Source of the DNA: the human T2T-CHM13v2.0 reference genome, Homo sapiens
Assembly: GCF_009914755.1 (NCBI RefSeq)
Contig: NC_060929.1
Strand: one strand, 5' to 3'
Length of the DNA stretch: 64,000 nt
Below, piece after piece: positions 29,101 to 41,100 of this stretch (positions within the stretch are counted from its first letter, which is position 1; every line of letters begins with the position of its first letter). A program made the position numbers and the translations under genes. The notes beneath the pieces are model-generated. The model did not search any database. It was not told where the DNA came from and saw nothing but the letters and a program-made list of their open reading frames with translations.

Positions 29101-29631
29101 CTTCGTATAAAAACTAGACAGAATCATTCTCAGAAACTGCTCTGTGATGTGTGCGTTCAACTCTCAGAGTTTAACTTTTCTTTTCATTCAGCAGTTTGGA
29201 AACACTCTGTTTGTAAAGTCTTCACGTGGATAATTTGACCACTTAGAGGCCTTCGTTGGAAACGGGTTTTTTTCATGTAAGGCTAGACAGAAGAGTTCTC
29301 AGTAACTTCCTTGTGTTGTGTGTATTCAACTCACAGAGTTGAACGATCCTTTACAGAGAGCAGACTTGTAACACTCTTTTTGTGGAATTTGCAAGTGGAG
29401 ATTTCAGCCGCTTTGAAGTCAAAGTAGAAAAGGAAATATCTGCCTATAAAAACTAGACAGAATGATTCTCAGAAACTCCTTTGTGATGTGTGCGTTCAAC
29501 TCACAGAGTTTAACCTTTCTTTTCATAGAGCAGTTAGGAAACACTCTGTTTGTAAAGTCTGCAAGTGGATATTCAGCCCTCTTTGAGGCCTTCGTTGGAA
29601 ACGGGTTTTTTTCATATAAGGCTAGACAGAA
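20120..29631 (+). repeat. Super-repeat copy 3
   Basis: Starts with the same TCTTCACGTG A dimer and the two diagnostic 8-mers (ORFs 21229 and 22587). Shares private SNPs with copy 2. Confidence 0.85.
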
Positions 29632-32600
29632 GAATTCCCAGTAACTTCCTTGTGTTGTGTGTGTTCAACTCACAGAGTTGAACTTTGATTTACACAGAGC
29701 AGATTTGAAACACTCTTTTTGTGGAATTTGCAAGTGGAGATTTCAAGCGCTTTGAGGCCAAAGGCAGAAAAGGAAATATCTTCGTATAAAAACTAGACAG
29801 AATCATTCTCAGAAACTGCTCTGCGATGTGTGCGTTCAACTCTCAGAGTTTAACTTTTCTTTTCATTCAGCAGTTTGGAAACACTCTGTTTGTAAAGTCT
29901 GCACGTGGATATTTTGACCACTTAGAGGCCTTCGTTGGAAACGGGTTTTTTTCCTGTAAGGCTAGACAGAAGAATTCCCAGTAACTTCCTTGTGTTGTGT
30001 ACATTCAACTCACAGAGTTGAACGTTCCCTTAGACAGAGCAGATTTGAAACACTCTTTTTGTGCAATTGGCAAGTGGAGATTTCAAGCACTTTGAGGTCA
30101 ATGGCAGAAAAGGAAATATCTTCGTTTCAAAACTAGACAGAATCATTCCCACAAACTGCGTTGTGATGTGTTCGTTCATCTCACAGAGTTTAACCTTTCT
30201 TTTCATAGAGCAGTTAGGAAACAGTCTGTTTGAAAATTCTGTAAGGGGATATTCTGACATCTTGTGGCCTTCGTTGGAAACGGGATTTCTTCATATTCTG
30301 CTAGACAGAAGAATTCTCAGAATCTTCCTTGTGTTGTGTGTATTCAACTCACAGAGTTGAACGATAGTTTACACAGAGCAGATTTGAAACACTCATTTGG
30401 TGGAATTTGCAAGTGGAGATTTCAGCCGCTTTGAGGTCAATGGTAGAAAAGGAAATATCTTCGTATAACAACTAGACAGAATGATTCTCAGAAACTTCTT
30501 TGTGATGTGTGTGTTCAACTCACAGTGTTTAACCTTTCTTTTCATAGAGCAGTTAGGAAACACTGTGTTTTTAAACTCTGCAAGTGGATATTCAGACCTC
30601 TTTGAGGCCTTCGTTGGAAACGGGTTTCTTCATACTGTGCTAGACAGAAGAATTCTCAGTAACTTCCTTGTGTTGTGTGTATTCAACTCACAGAGTTGAA
30701 CGATCCTTTACACAGAGCAGACTTGAAACACTCTTTTTGTGGAATTTGCAAGTGGAGATTTCAGCCGCGTTGAGGTCAATGGTAGAAAAGGAAATATCTT
30801 CGTATAAAAACTAGACAGAATGATTCTCAGAAACTCCTTTGTGATGTGTGTGTTCAACTCACAGAGTTTAACATTTCTTTTCATAGAGCAGTTAGGAAAC
30901 ACTCTGTTTGTAAAGTCTGCAAGTGGATATTCAGACCTCTTTGAGGCCTTCGTTGGAAACGGGTTTTTTTCATATAAGGCTAGACAGAAGAATTCCCAGT
31001 AACTTCCTTGTGTTGTGTGTGTTCAACTCACAGAGTTGAACTTTGATTTACACAGAGCAGATTTGAAACACTCTTTTTGTGGAATTTGCAAGTGGAGATT
31101 TCAAGCGCTTTGAGGCCAAAGGCAGAAAAGGAAATATCTTCGTATAAAAACTAGACAGAATCATTCTCAGAAACTGCTCTGCGATGTGTGCGTTCAACTC
31201 TCAGAGTTTAACTTTTCTTTTCATTCAGCAGTTTGGAAACACTCTGTTTGTAAAGTCTGCACGTGGATATTTTGACCACTTAGAGGCCTTCGTTGGAAAC
31301 GGGTTTTTTTCCTGTAAGGCTAGACAGAAGAATTCCCAGTAACTTCCTTGTGTTGTGTACATTCAACTCACAGAGTTGAACGTTCCCTTAGACAGAGCAG
31401 ATTTGAAACACACTTTTTGTGCAATTGGCAAGTGGAGATTTCAAGCGCTTTAAGGTCAATGGCATAAAAGGAAATATCTTCGTTTCAAAACTAGACAGAA
31501 TCATTCCCACAAACTGCGTTGTGATGTGCTCGTTCATCTCACAGAGTTTAACCTTTCTTTTCATAGAGCAGTTAGGAAACACTCTGTTTGTAAATTCTGT
31601 AAGTGGATATTCTGACATCTTGTGGCCTTCGCTGGAAACGGGATTTCTTCATATTCTGCTAGACAGAAGAATTCTCAGAATCTTCCTTGTGTTGTGTGTA
31701 TTCAACTCACACAGTTGAACGATGGTTTACACAGAGCAGATTTGAAACACTCTTTTTGTGGAATTTGCAAGTGGAGATTTCAGCCGCTTTGAGGTCAATG
31801 GTAGAAAAGGAAATATCTTCGTATAAAAACTAGACAGAATGATTCTCAGAAACTTCTTTGTGATGTGTGCGTTCAACTCAGAGAGTTTAACATTTCTTTT
31901 CATAGAGCAGTTAGGAAACACTCTGTTTGTAAACTCTGCAAGTGGATATTCAGACCTCTTCGAGGCCTTCGTTGGAAACGGGATTTCTTCATACTGTGCT
32001 AGACAGAAGAATTCTCAGTAACTTCCTTGTGTTGTGTGTATTCAACTCACAGAGTTGAACGATCCTTTACACAGAGCAGACTTGGAACACTCTTTTTGTG
32101 GAATTTGCAAGTGGAGATTTCAGCCGCGTTGAGGTCAATGGTAGAAAAGGAAATATCTTCGTATAAAAACTAGACAGAATGATTCTCAGAAACTCCTTTG
32201 AGATGTGTGTGTTCAACTCACAGAGTTTAACCTTTCTTTTCATAGAGCAGTTAGGAATCACTCTGTTTGTAAAGTCTGCAAGTGGATATTCAGACCTCTT
32301 TGAGGCCTTCGTTGGAAACGGGTTTTTTTCATATAAGGCTAGACAGAAGAATTCCCAGTAACTTCCTTGTGTTGTGTGTGTTCAACTCACAGAGTTGAAC
32401 TTTCATTTACACAGAGCAGATTTGAAACACTCTTTTTGTGGAATTTGCAAATGGAGATTTCAAGCGCTTTGAGGCCAAAGGCAGAAAAGGAAATATCTTC
32501 GTATAAAAACTAGACAGAATCATTCTCAGAAACTGCTCTGCGATGTGTGCGTTCAACTCTCAGAGTTTAACTTTGCTTTTCATTCAGCAGTTTGGAAACA

Positions 32601-35600
32601 CTCTGTTTGTAAAGTCTGCACGTGGATAATTTGACCACTTAGAGGCCTTCGTTGGAAACGGGTTTTTTTCATGTAAGGCTAGACAGAAGAATTCTCAGTA
32701 ACTTCCTTGTGTTGTGTGTATTCAACTCACAGAGTTGAACGATCCTTTACACAGAGCAGACTTGTAACACTCTTTTTGTGGAATTTGCAAGTGGAGATTT
32801 CAGCCGCTTTGAAGTCAAATGTAGAAAAGGAAATATCTTCCTATAAAAACTAGACAGAATGATTCTCAGAAACTCCTTTGTGATGTGTGCGTTCAACTCA
32901 CAGAGTTTAACCTTTCTTTTCATAGAGCAGTTAGGAAACACTCTGTTTGTAAAGTCTGCAAGTGGATATTCAGCCCTCTTTGAGGCCTTCGTTGGAAACG
33001 GGTTTTTTTCATATAAGGCTAGACAGAAGAATTCCCAGTAACTTCCTTGTGTTGTGTGTGTTCAACTCACAGAGTTGAACTTTCATTTACACAGAGCAGA
33101 TTTGAAACACTCTTTTTGTGGAATTTGCAAGTGGAGATTTCAAGCGCTTTGAGGCCAAAGGCAGAAAAGGAAATATCTTCGTATAAAAACTAGACAGAAT
33201 CATTCTCAGAAACTGCTCTGTGATGTGTGCGTTCAACTCTCAGAGTTTAACTTTTCTTTTCATTCAGCAGTTTGGAAACACTCTGTTTCTAAAGTCTGCA
33301 CGTGGATAATTTGACCACTTAGAGGCCTTCGTTGGAAACGGGTTTTTTTCATGTAAGGCTAGACAGAAGAGTTCTCAGTAACTTCCTTGTGTTGTGTGTA
33401 TTCAACTCACAGAGTTGAACGATCCTTTACAGAGAGCAGACTTGTAACACTCTTTTTGTGGAATTTGCAAGTGGAGATTTCAGCCGCTTTGCAGTCAAAG
33501 TAGAAAAGGAAATATCTTCCTATAAAAACTAGACAGAATGATTCTCAGAAACTCCTTTGTGATGTGTGCGTTCAACTCACAGAGTTTAACCTTTCTTTTC
33601 ATAGAGCAGTTAGGAAACACTCTGTTTGTAAAGTCTGCAAGTGGATATTCAGACCTCTTTGAGGCCTTCGTTGGAAACGGGTTTTTTTCATATAAGGCTA
33701 GACAGAAGAATTCCCAGTAACTTCCTTGTGTTGTGTGTGTTCAACTCACAGAGTTGAACTTTCATTTACACAGAGCAGATTTGAAACACTCTTTTTGTGG
33801 AATTTGCAGGTGGAGATTTCAAGCGCTTTGAGGCCAAAGGCAGAAAAGGAAATATCTTCGTATAAAAACTAGACAGAATCATTCTCAGAAACTGCTCTGC
33901 GATGTGTGCGTTCAACTCTCAGAGTTTAACTTTGCTTTTCATTCAGCAGTTTGGAAACACTCTGTTTGTAAAGTCTGCACGTGGATAATTTGACCACTTA
34001 GAGGCCTTCGTTGGAAACGGGTTTTTTTCATGTAAGGCTAGACAGAAGAATTCTCAGTAACTTCCTTGTGTTGTGTGTATTCAACTCACAGAGTTGAACG
34101 ATCCTTTACACAGAGCAGACTTGTAACACTCTTTTTGTGGAATTTGCAAGTGGAGATTTCAGCCGCTTTGAAGTCAAAGGTAGAAAAGGAAATATCTTCC
34201 TATAAAAACTAGACAGAATGATTCTCAGAAACTCCTTTGTGATGTGTGCGTTCAACTCAGAGTTTAACCTTTCTTTTCATAGAGCAGTTAGGAAACACTC
34301 TGCTTGTAAAGTCTGCAAGTGGATATTCAGCCCTCTTTGAGGCCTTCGTTGGAAACGGGTTTTTTTCATATAAGGCTAGACAGAAGAATTCCCAGTAACT
34401 TCCTTGTGTTGTGTGTGTTCAACTCACAGAGTTGAACTTTCATTTACACAGAGCAGATTTGAAACACTCTTTTTGTGGAATTTGCAAGTGGAGATTTCAA
34501 GCGCTTTGAGGCCAAAGGCAGAAAAGGAAATATCTTCGTATAAAAACTAGACAGAATCATTCTCAGAAACTGCTCTGCGATGTGTGCGTTCAACTCTCAG
34601 AGTTTAACTTTTCTTTTCATTCAGCAGTTTGGAAACACTCTGTTTGTAAAGTCTGCACGTGGATATTTTGACCACTTAGAGGCCTTCGTTGGAATCGGGT
34701 TTTTTTCCTGTAAGGCTAGACAGAAGAATTCCCAGTAACTTCCTTGTGTTGTGTACATTCAACTCACAGAGTTGAACGTTCCCTTAGACAGAGCAGATTT
34801 GAAACACTCTTTTTGTGCAATTGGCAAGTGGAGATTTCAAGCGCTTTGAGGTCAATGGCAGAAAAGGAAATATCTTCGTTTCAAAACTAGACAGAATCAT
34901 TCCCACAAACTGCGTTGTGATGTGTTCGTTCTACTCACAGAGTTTAACCTTTCTTTTCATAGAGCAGTTAGGAAACAGTCTGTTTGAAAATTCTGTAAGG
35001 GGATATTCTGACATCTTGTGGCCTTCGTTGGAAACGGGATTTCTTCATATTCTGCTAGACAGAAGAATTCTCAGAATCTTCCTTGTGTTGTGTGTATTCA
35101 ATTCACAGAGTTGAACGATAGTTTACACAGAGCAGATTTGAAACACTCATTTGGTGGAATTTGCAAGTGGAGATTTCAGCCGCTTTGAGGTCAATGGTAG
35201 AAAAGGAAATATCTTCGTATAACAACTAGACAGAATGATTCTCAGAAACTTCTTTGTGATGTGTGTGTTCAACTCACAGTGTTTAACCTTTCTTTTCATA
35301 GAGCAGTTAGGAAACACTGTGTTTTTAAACTCTGCAAGTGGATATTCAGACCTCTTTGAGGCCTTCGTTGGAAACGGGTTTCTTCATACTGTGCTAGACA
35401 GAAGAATTCTCAGTAACTTCCTTGTGTTGTGTGTATTCAACTCACAGAGTTGAACGATCCTTTACACAGAGCAGACTTGAAACACTCTTTTTGTGGAATT
35501 TGCAAGTGGAGATTTCAGCCGCGTTGAGGTCAATGGTAGAAAAGGAAATATCTTCGTATAAAAACTAGACAGAATGATTCTCAGAAACTCCTTTGTGATG

Positions 35601-38122
35601 TGTGTGTTCAACTCACAGAGTTTAACATTTCTTTTCATAGAGCAGTTAGGAAACACTCTGTTTGTAAAGTCTGCAAGTGGATATTCAGACCTCTTTGAGG
35701 CCTTCGTTGGAAACGGGTTTTTTTCATATAAGGCTAGACAGAAGAATTCCCAGTAACTTCCTTGTGTTGTGTGTGTTCAACTCACAGAGTTGAACTTTCA
35801 TTTACACAGAGCAGATTTGAAACACTCTTTTTGTGGAATTTGCAGGTGGAGATTTCAAGCGCTTTGAGGCCAAAGGCAGAAAAGGAAATATCTTCGTATA
35901 AAAACTAGACAGAATCATTCTCAGAAACTGCTCTGCGATGTGTGCGTTCAACTCTCAGAGTTTAACTTTTCTTTTCATTCAGCAGTTTGGAAACACTCTG
36001 TTTGTAAAGTCTGCACGTGGATAATTTGACCACTTAGAGGCCTTCCTTGGAAACGGGTTTTTTTCATGTAAGGCTAGACAGAAGAATTCTCAGTAACTTC
36101 CTTGTGTTGTGTGTATTCAACTCACAGAGTTGAACGATCCTTTACACAGAGCAGACTTGTAACACTCTTTTTGTGGAATTTGCAAGTGGAGATTTCAGCC
36201 GCTTTGAAGTCAAAGGTAGAAAAGGAAATATCTTCCTATAAAAACTAGACAGAATGATTCTCAGAAACTCCTTTGTGATGTGTACGTTCAACTCACAGAG
36301 TTTAACCTTTCTTTTCATAGAGCAGTTAGGAAACACTCTGTTTGTAAAGTCTGCATGTGGATATTGAGACCTCTTTGAGGCCTTCGTTGGAAACGGGTTT
36401 TTTTCATATAAGGCTAGACAGAAGGATTCCCAGTAACTTCCTTGTGTTGTGTGTGTTCAACTCACAGAGTTGAACTTTCATTTACAAAGAGCAGATTTGA
36501 AACACTCTTTTTGTGGAATTTGCAAGTGGAGATTTCAAGCGCTTTGAGGCCAAAGGCAGAAAAGGAAATATCTTCGTATAAAAACTAGACAGAATCATTC
36601 TCAGAAACTGCTCTGCGATGTGTGCGTTCAACTCTCAGAGTTTAACTTTTCTTTTCATTCAGCAGTTTGGAAACACTCTGTTTTTAAAGTCTGCACGTGG
36701 ATAATTTGACCACTTAGAGGCCTTCGTTGGAAACGGGTTTTTTTCATGTAAGGCTAGACAGAAGAATTCTCAGTAACTTCCTTGTGTTGTGTGTATTCAA
36801 CTCACAGAGTTGAACGATCCTTTACACAGAGCAGACTTGTAACACTCTTTTTGTGGAATTTGCAAGTGGAGATTTCAGCCGCTTTGAAGTCAAAGGTAGA
36901 AAAGGAAATATCTTCCTATAAAAACTAGACAGAATGATTCTCAGAAACTCCTTTGTGATGTGTGCATTCAACTCACAGAGTTTAACCTTTCTTTTCGTAG
37001 AGCAGTTAGGAAACACTCTGCTTGTAAAGTCTGCAAGTGGATATTCAGCCCTCTTTGAGGCCTTCGTTGGAAACGGGTTTTTTTCATATAAGGCTAGACA
37101 GAAGAATTCCCAGTAACTTCCTTGTGTTGTGTGTGTTCAACTCACAGAGTTGAACTTTCATTTACACAGAGCAGATTTGAAACACTCTTTTTGTGGAATT
37201 TGCAAGTGGAGATTTCAAGCGCTTTGAGGCCAAAGGCAGAAAAGGAAATATCTTCGTATAAAAACTAGACAGAATCATTCTCAGAAACTGCTCTGCGATG
37301 TGTGCGTTCAACTCTCAGAGTTTAACTTTTCTTTTCATTCAGCAGTTTGGAAACACTCTGTTTGTAAAGTCTGCACGTGGATATTTTGACCACTTAGAGG
37401 CCTTCGTTGGAAACGGGTTTTTTTCCTGTAAGGCTAGACAGAAGAATTCCCAGTAACTTCCTTGTGTTGTGTACATTCAACTCACAGAGTTGAACGTTCC
37501 CTTAGACAGAGCAGATTTGAAACACTCTTTTTGTGCAATTGGCAAGTGGAGATTTCAAGCGCTTTAAGGTCAATGGCAGAAAAGGAAATATCTTCGTTTC
37601 AAAACTAGACAGAATCATTCCCACAAACTGCGCTGTGATGTGTTCGTTCATCTCACAGAGTTTAACCTTTCTTTTCATAGAGCAGTTAGGAAACACTCTG
37701 TTTGTAAAGTCTGCACGTGGATAATTTGACCACTTAGAGGCCTTCATTGGAAACGGGTTTTTTTCATGTAAGGCTAGACAGAAGAGTTCTCAGTAACTTC
37801 CTTGTGTTGTGTGTATTCAACTCACACAGTTGAACGATCCTTTACAGAGAGCAGACTTGTAACACTCTTTTTGTGGAATTTGCAAGTGGAGATTTCAGCC
37901 GCTTTGAAGTCAAAGTAGAAAAGGAAATATCTGCCTATAAAAACTAGACAGAATGATTCTCAGAAACTCCTTTGTGATGTGTGCGTTCAACTCACAGAGT
38001 TTAACCTTTCTTTTCATAGAGCAGTTAGGAAACACTCTGTTTGTAAAGTCTGCAAGTGGATATTCAGACCTCTTTGAGGCCTTCGTTGGAAACGGGTTTT
38101 TTTCATATAAGGCTAGACAGAA
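29632..38122 (+). repeat. Super-repeat copy 4 (closest to copy 1; 1,699-bp and 2-bp deletions)
   Basis: ORF offset 1184->30061 = 28,877. The spacing 30061->39232 = 9,171, which equals 10,872 - 1,699 - 2. Confidence 0.85.
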
Positions 38123-41100
38123 GAATTCCCAGTAACTTCCTTGTGTTGTGTGTGTTCAACTCACAGAGTTGAACTTTCATTTACACAGAGCAGATTTGAA
38201 ACACTCTTTTTGTGGAATTTGCAGGTGGAGATTTCAAGCGCTTTGAGGCCAAAGGCAGAAAAGGAAATATCTTCGTATAAAAACTAGACAGAATCATTCT
38301 CAGAAACTGCTCTGCGATGTGTGCGTTCAACTCTCAGAGTTTAACTTTTCTTTTCATTCAGCAGTTTGGAAACACTCTGTTTGTAAAGTCTTCACGTGGA
38401 TAATTTGACCACTTAGAGGCCTTCGTTGGAAACGGGTTTTTTTCATGTAAGGCTAGACAGAAGAATTCTCAGTAACTTCCTTGTGTTGTGTGTATTCAAC
38501 TCACAGAGTTGAACGATCCTTTACACAGAGCAGACTTGTAACACTCTTTTTGTGGAATTTGCAAGTGGAGATTTCAGCCGCTTTGAAGTCAAAGGTAGAA
38601 AAGGAAATATCTTCCTATAAAAACTAGACAGAATGATTCTCAGAAACTCCTTTGTGATGTGTGCGTTCAACTCACAGAGTTTAACCTTTCTTTTCATAGA
38701 GCAGTTAGGAAACACTCTGCTTGTAAAGTCTGCAAGTGGATATTCAGCCCTCTTTGAGGCCTTCGTTGGAAACGGGTTTTTTTCATATAAGGCTAGACAG
38801 AAGAATTCCCAGTAACTTCCTTGTGTTGTGTGTGTTCAACTCACAGAGTTGAACTTTGATTTACACAGAGCAGATTTGAAACACTCTTTTTGTGGAATTT
38901 GCAAGTGGAGATTTCAAGCGCTTTGAGGCCAAAGGCAGAAAAGGAAATATCTTCGTATAAAAACTAGACAGAATCATTCTCAGAAACTGCTCTGCGATGT
39001 GTGCGTTCAACTCTCAGAGTTTAACTTTTCTTTTCATTCAGCAGTTTGGAAACACTCTGTTTGTAAAGTCTGCACGTGGATATTTTGACCACTTAGAGGC
39101 CTTCGTTGGAAACGGGTTTTTTTCCTGTAAGGCTAGACAGAAGAATTCCCAGTAACTTCCTTGTGTTGTGTACATTCAACTCACAGAGTTGAACGTTCCC
39201 TTAGACAGAGCAGATTTGAAACACTCTTTTTGTGCAATTGGCAAGTGGAGATTTCAAGCACTTTGAGGTCAATGGCAGAAAAGGAAATATCTTCGTTTCA
39301 AAACTAGACAGAATCATTCCCACAAACTGCGTTGTGATGTGTTCGTTCATCTCACAGAGTTTAACCTTTCTTTTCATAGAGCAGTTAGGAAACAGTCTGT
39401 TTGAAAATTCTGTAAGGGGATATTCTGACATCTTGTGGCCTTCGTTGGAAACGGGATTTCTTCATATTCTGCTAGACAAAAGAATTCTCAGAATCTTCCT
39501 TGTGTTGTGTGTATTCAACTCACAGAGTTGAACGATAGTTTACACAGAGCAGATTTGAAACACTCATTTGGTGGAATTTGCAAGTGGAGATTTCAGCCGC
39601 TTTGAGGTCAATGGTAGAAAAGGAAATATCTTCGTATAACAACTAGACAGAATGATTCTCAGAAACTTCTTTGTGATGTGTGTGTTCAACTCACAGTGTT
39701 TAACCTTTCTTTTCATAGAGCAGTTAGGAAACACTGTGTTTTTAAACTCTGCAAGTGGATATTCAGACCTCTTTGAGGCCTTCGTTGGAAACGGGTTTCT
39801 TCATACTGTGCTAGACAGAAGAATTCTCAGTAACTTCCTTGTGTTGTGTGTATTCAACTCACAGAGTTGAACGATCCTTTACACAGAGCAGACTTGAAAC
39901 ACTCTTTTTGTGGAATTTGCAAGTGGAGATTTCAGCCGCGTTGAGGTCAATGGTAGAAAAGGAAATATCTTCGTATAAAAACTAGACAGAATGATTCTCA
40001 GAAACTCCTTTGTGATGTGTGTGTTCAACTCACAGAGTTTAACATTTCTTTTCATAGAGCAGTTAGGAAACACTCTGTTTGTAAAGTCTGCAAGTGGATA
40101 TTCAGACCTCTTTGAGGCCTTCGTTGGAAACGGGTTTTTTTCATATAAGGCTAGACAGAAGAATTCCCAGTAACTTCCTTGTGTTGTGTGTGTTCAACTC
40201 ACAGAGTTGAACTTTGATTTACACAGAGCAGATTTGAAACACTCTTTTTGTGGAATTTGCAAGTGGAGATTTCAAGCGCTTTGAGGCCAAAGGCAGAAAA
40301 GGAAATATCTTCGTATAAAAACTAGACAGAATCATTCTCAGAAACTGCTCTGCGATGTGTGCGTTCAACTCTCAGAGTTTAACTTTTCTTTTCATTCAGC
40401 AGTTTGGAAACACTCTGTTTGTAAAGTCTGCACGTGGATATTTTGACCACTTAGAGGCCTTCGTTGGAAACGGGTTTTTTTCCTGTAAGGCTAGACAGAA
40501 GAATTCCCAGTAACTTCCTTGTGTTGTGTACATTCAACTCACAGAGTTGAACGTTCCCTTAGACAGAGCAGATTTGAAACACACTTTTTGTGCAATTGGC
40601 AAGTGGAGATTTCAAGCGCTTTAAGGTCAATGGCATAAAAGGAAATATCTTCGTTTCAAAACTAGACAGAATCATTCCCACAAACTGCGTTGTGATGTGC
40701 TCGTTCATCTCACAGAGTTTAACCTTTCTTTTCATAGAGCAGTTAGGAAACACTCTGTTTGTAAATTCTGTAAGTGGATATTCTGACATCTTGTGGCCTT
40801 CGCTGGAAACGGGATTTCTTCATATTCTGCTAGACAGAAGAATTCTCAGAATCTTCCTTGTGTTGTGTGTATTCAACTCACACAGTTGAACGATGGTTTA
40901 CACAGAGCAGATTTGAAACACTCTTTTTGTGGAATTTGCAAGTGGAGATTTCAGCCGCTTTGAGGTCAATGGTAGAAAAGGAAATATCTTCGTATAAAAA
41001 CTAGACAGAATGATTCTCAGAAACTTCTTTGTGATGTGTGCGTTCAACTCAGAGAGTTTAACATTTCTTTTCATAGAGCAGTTAGGAAACACTCTGTTTG

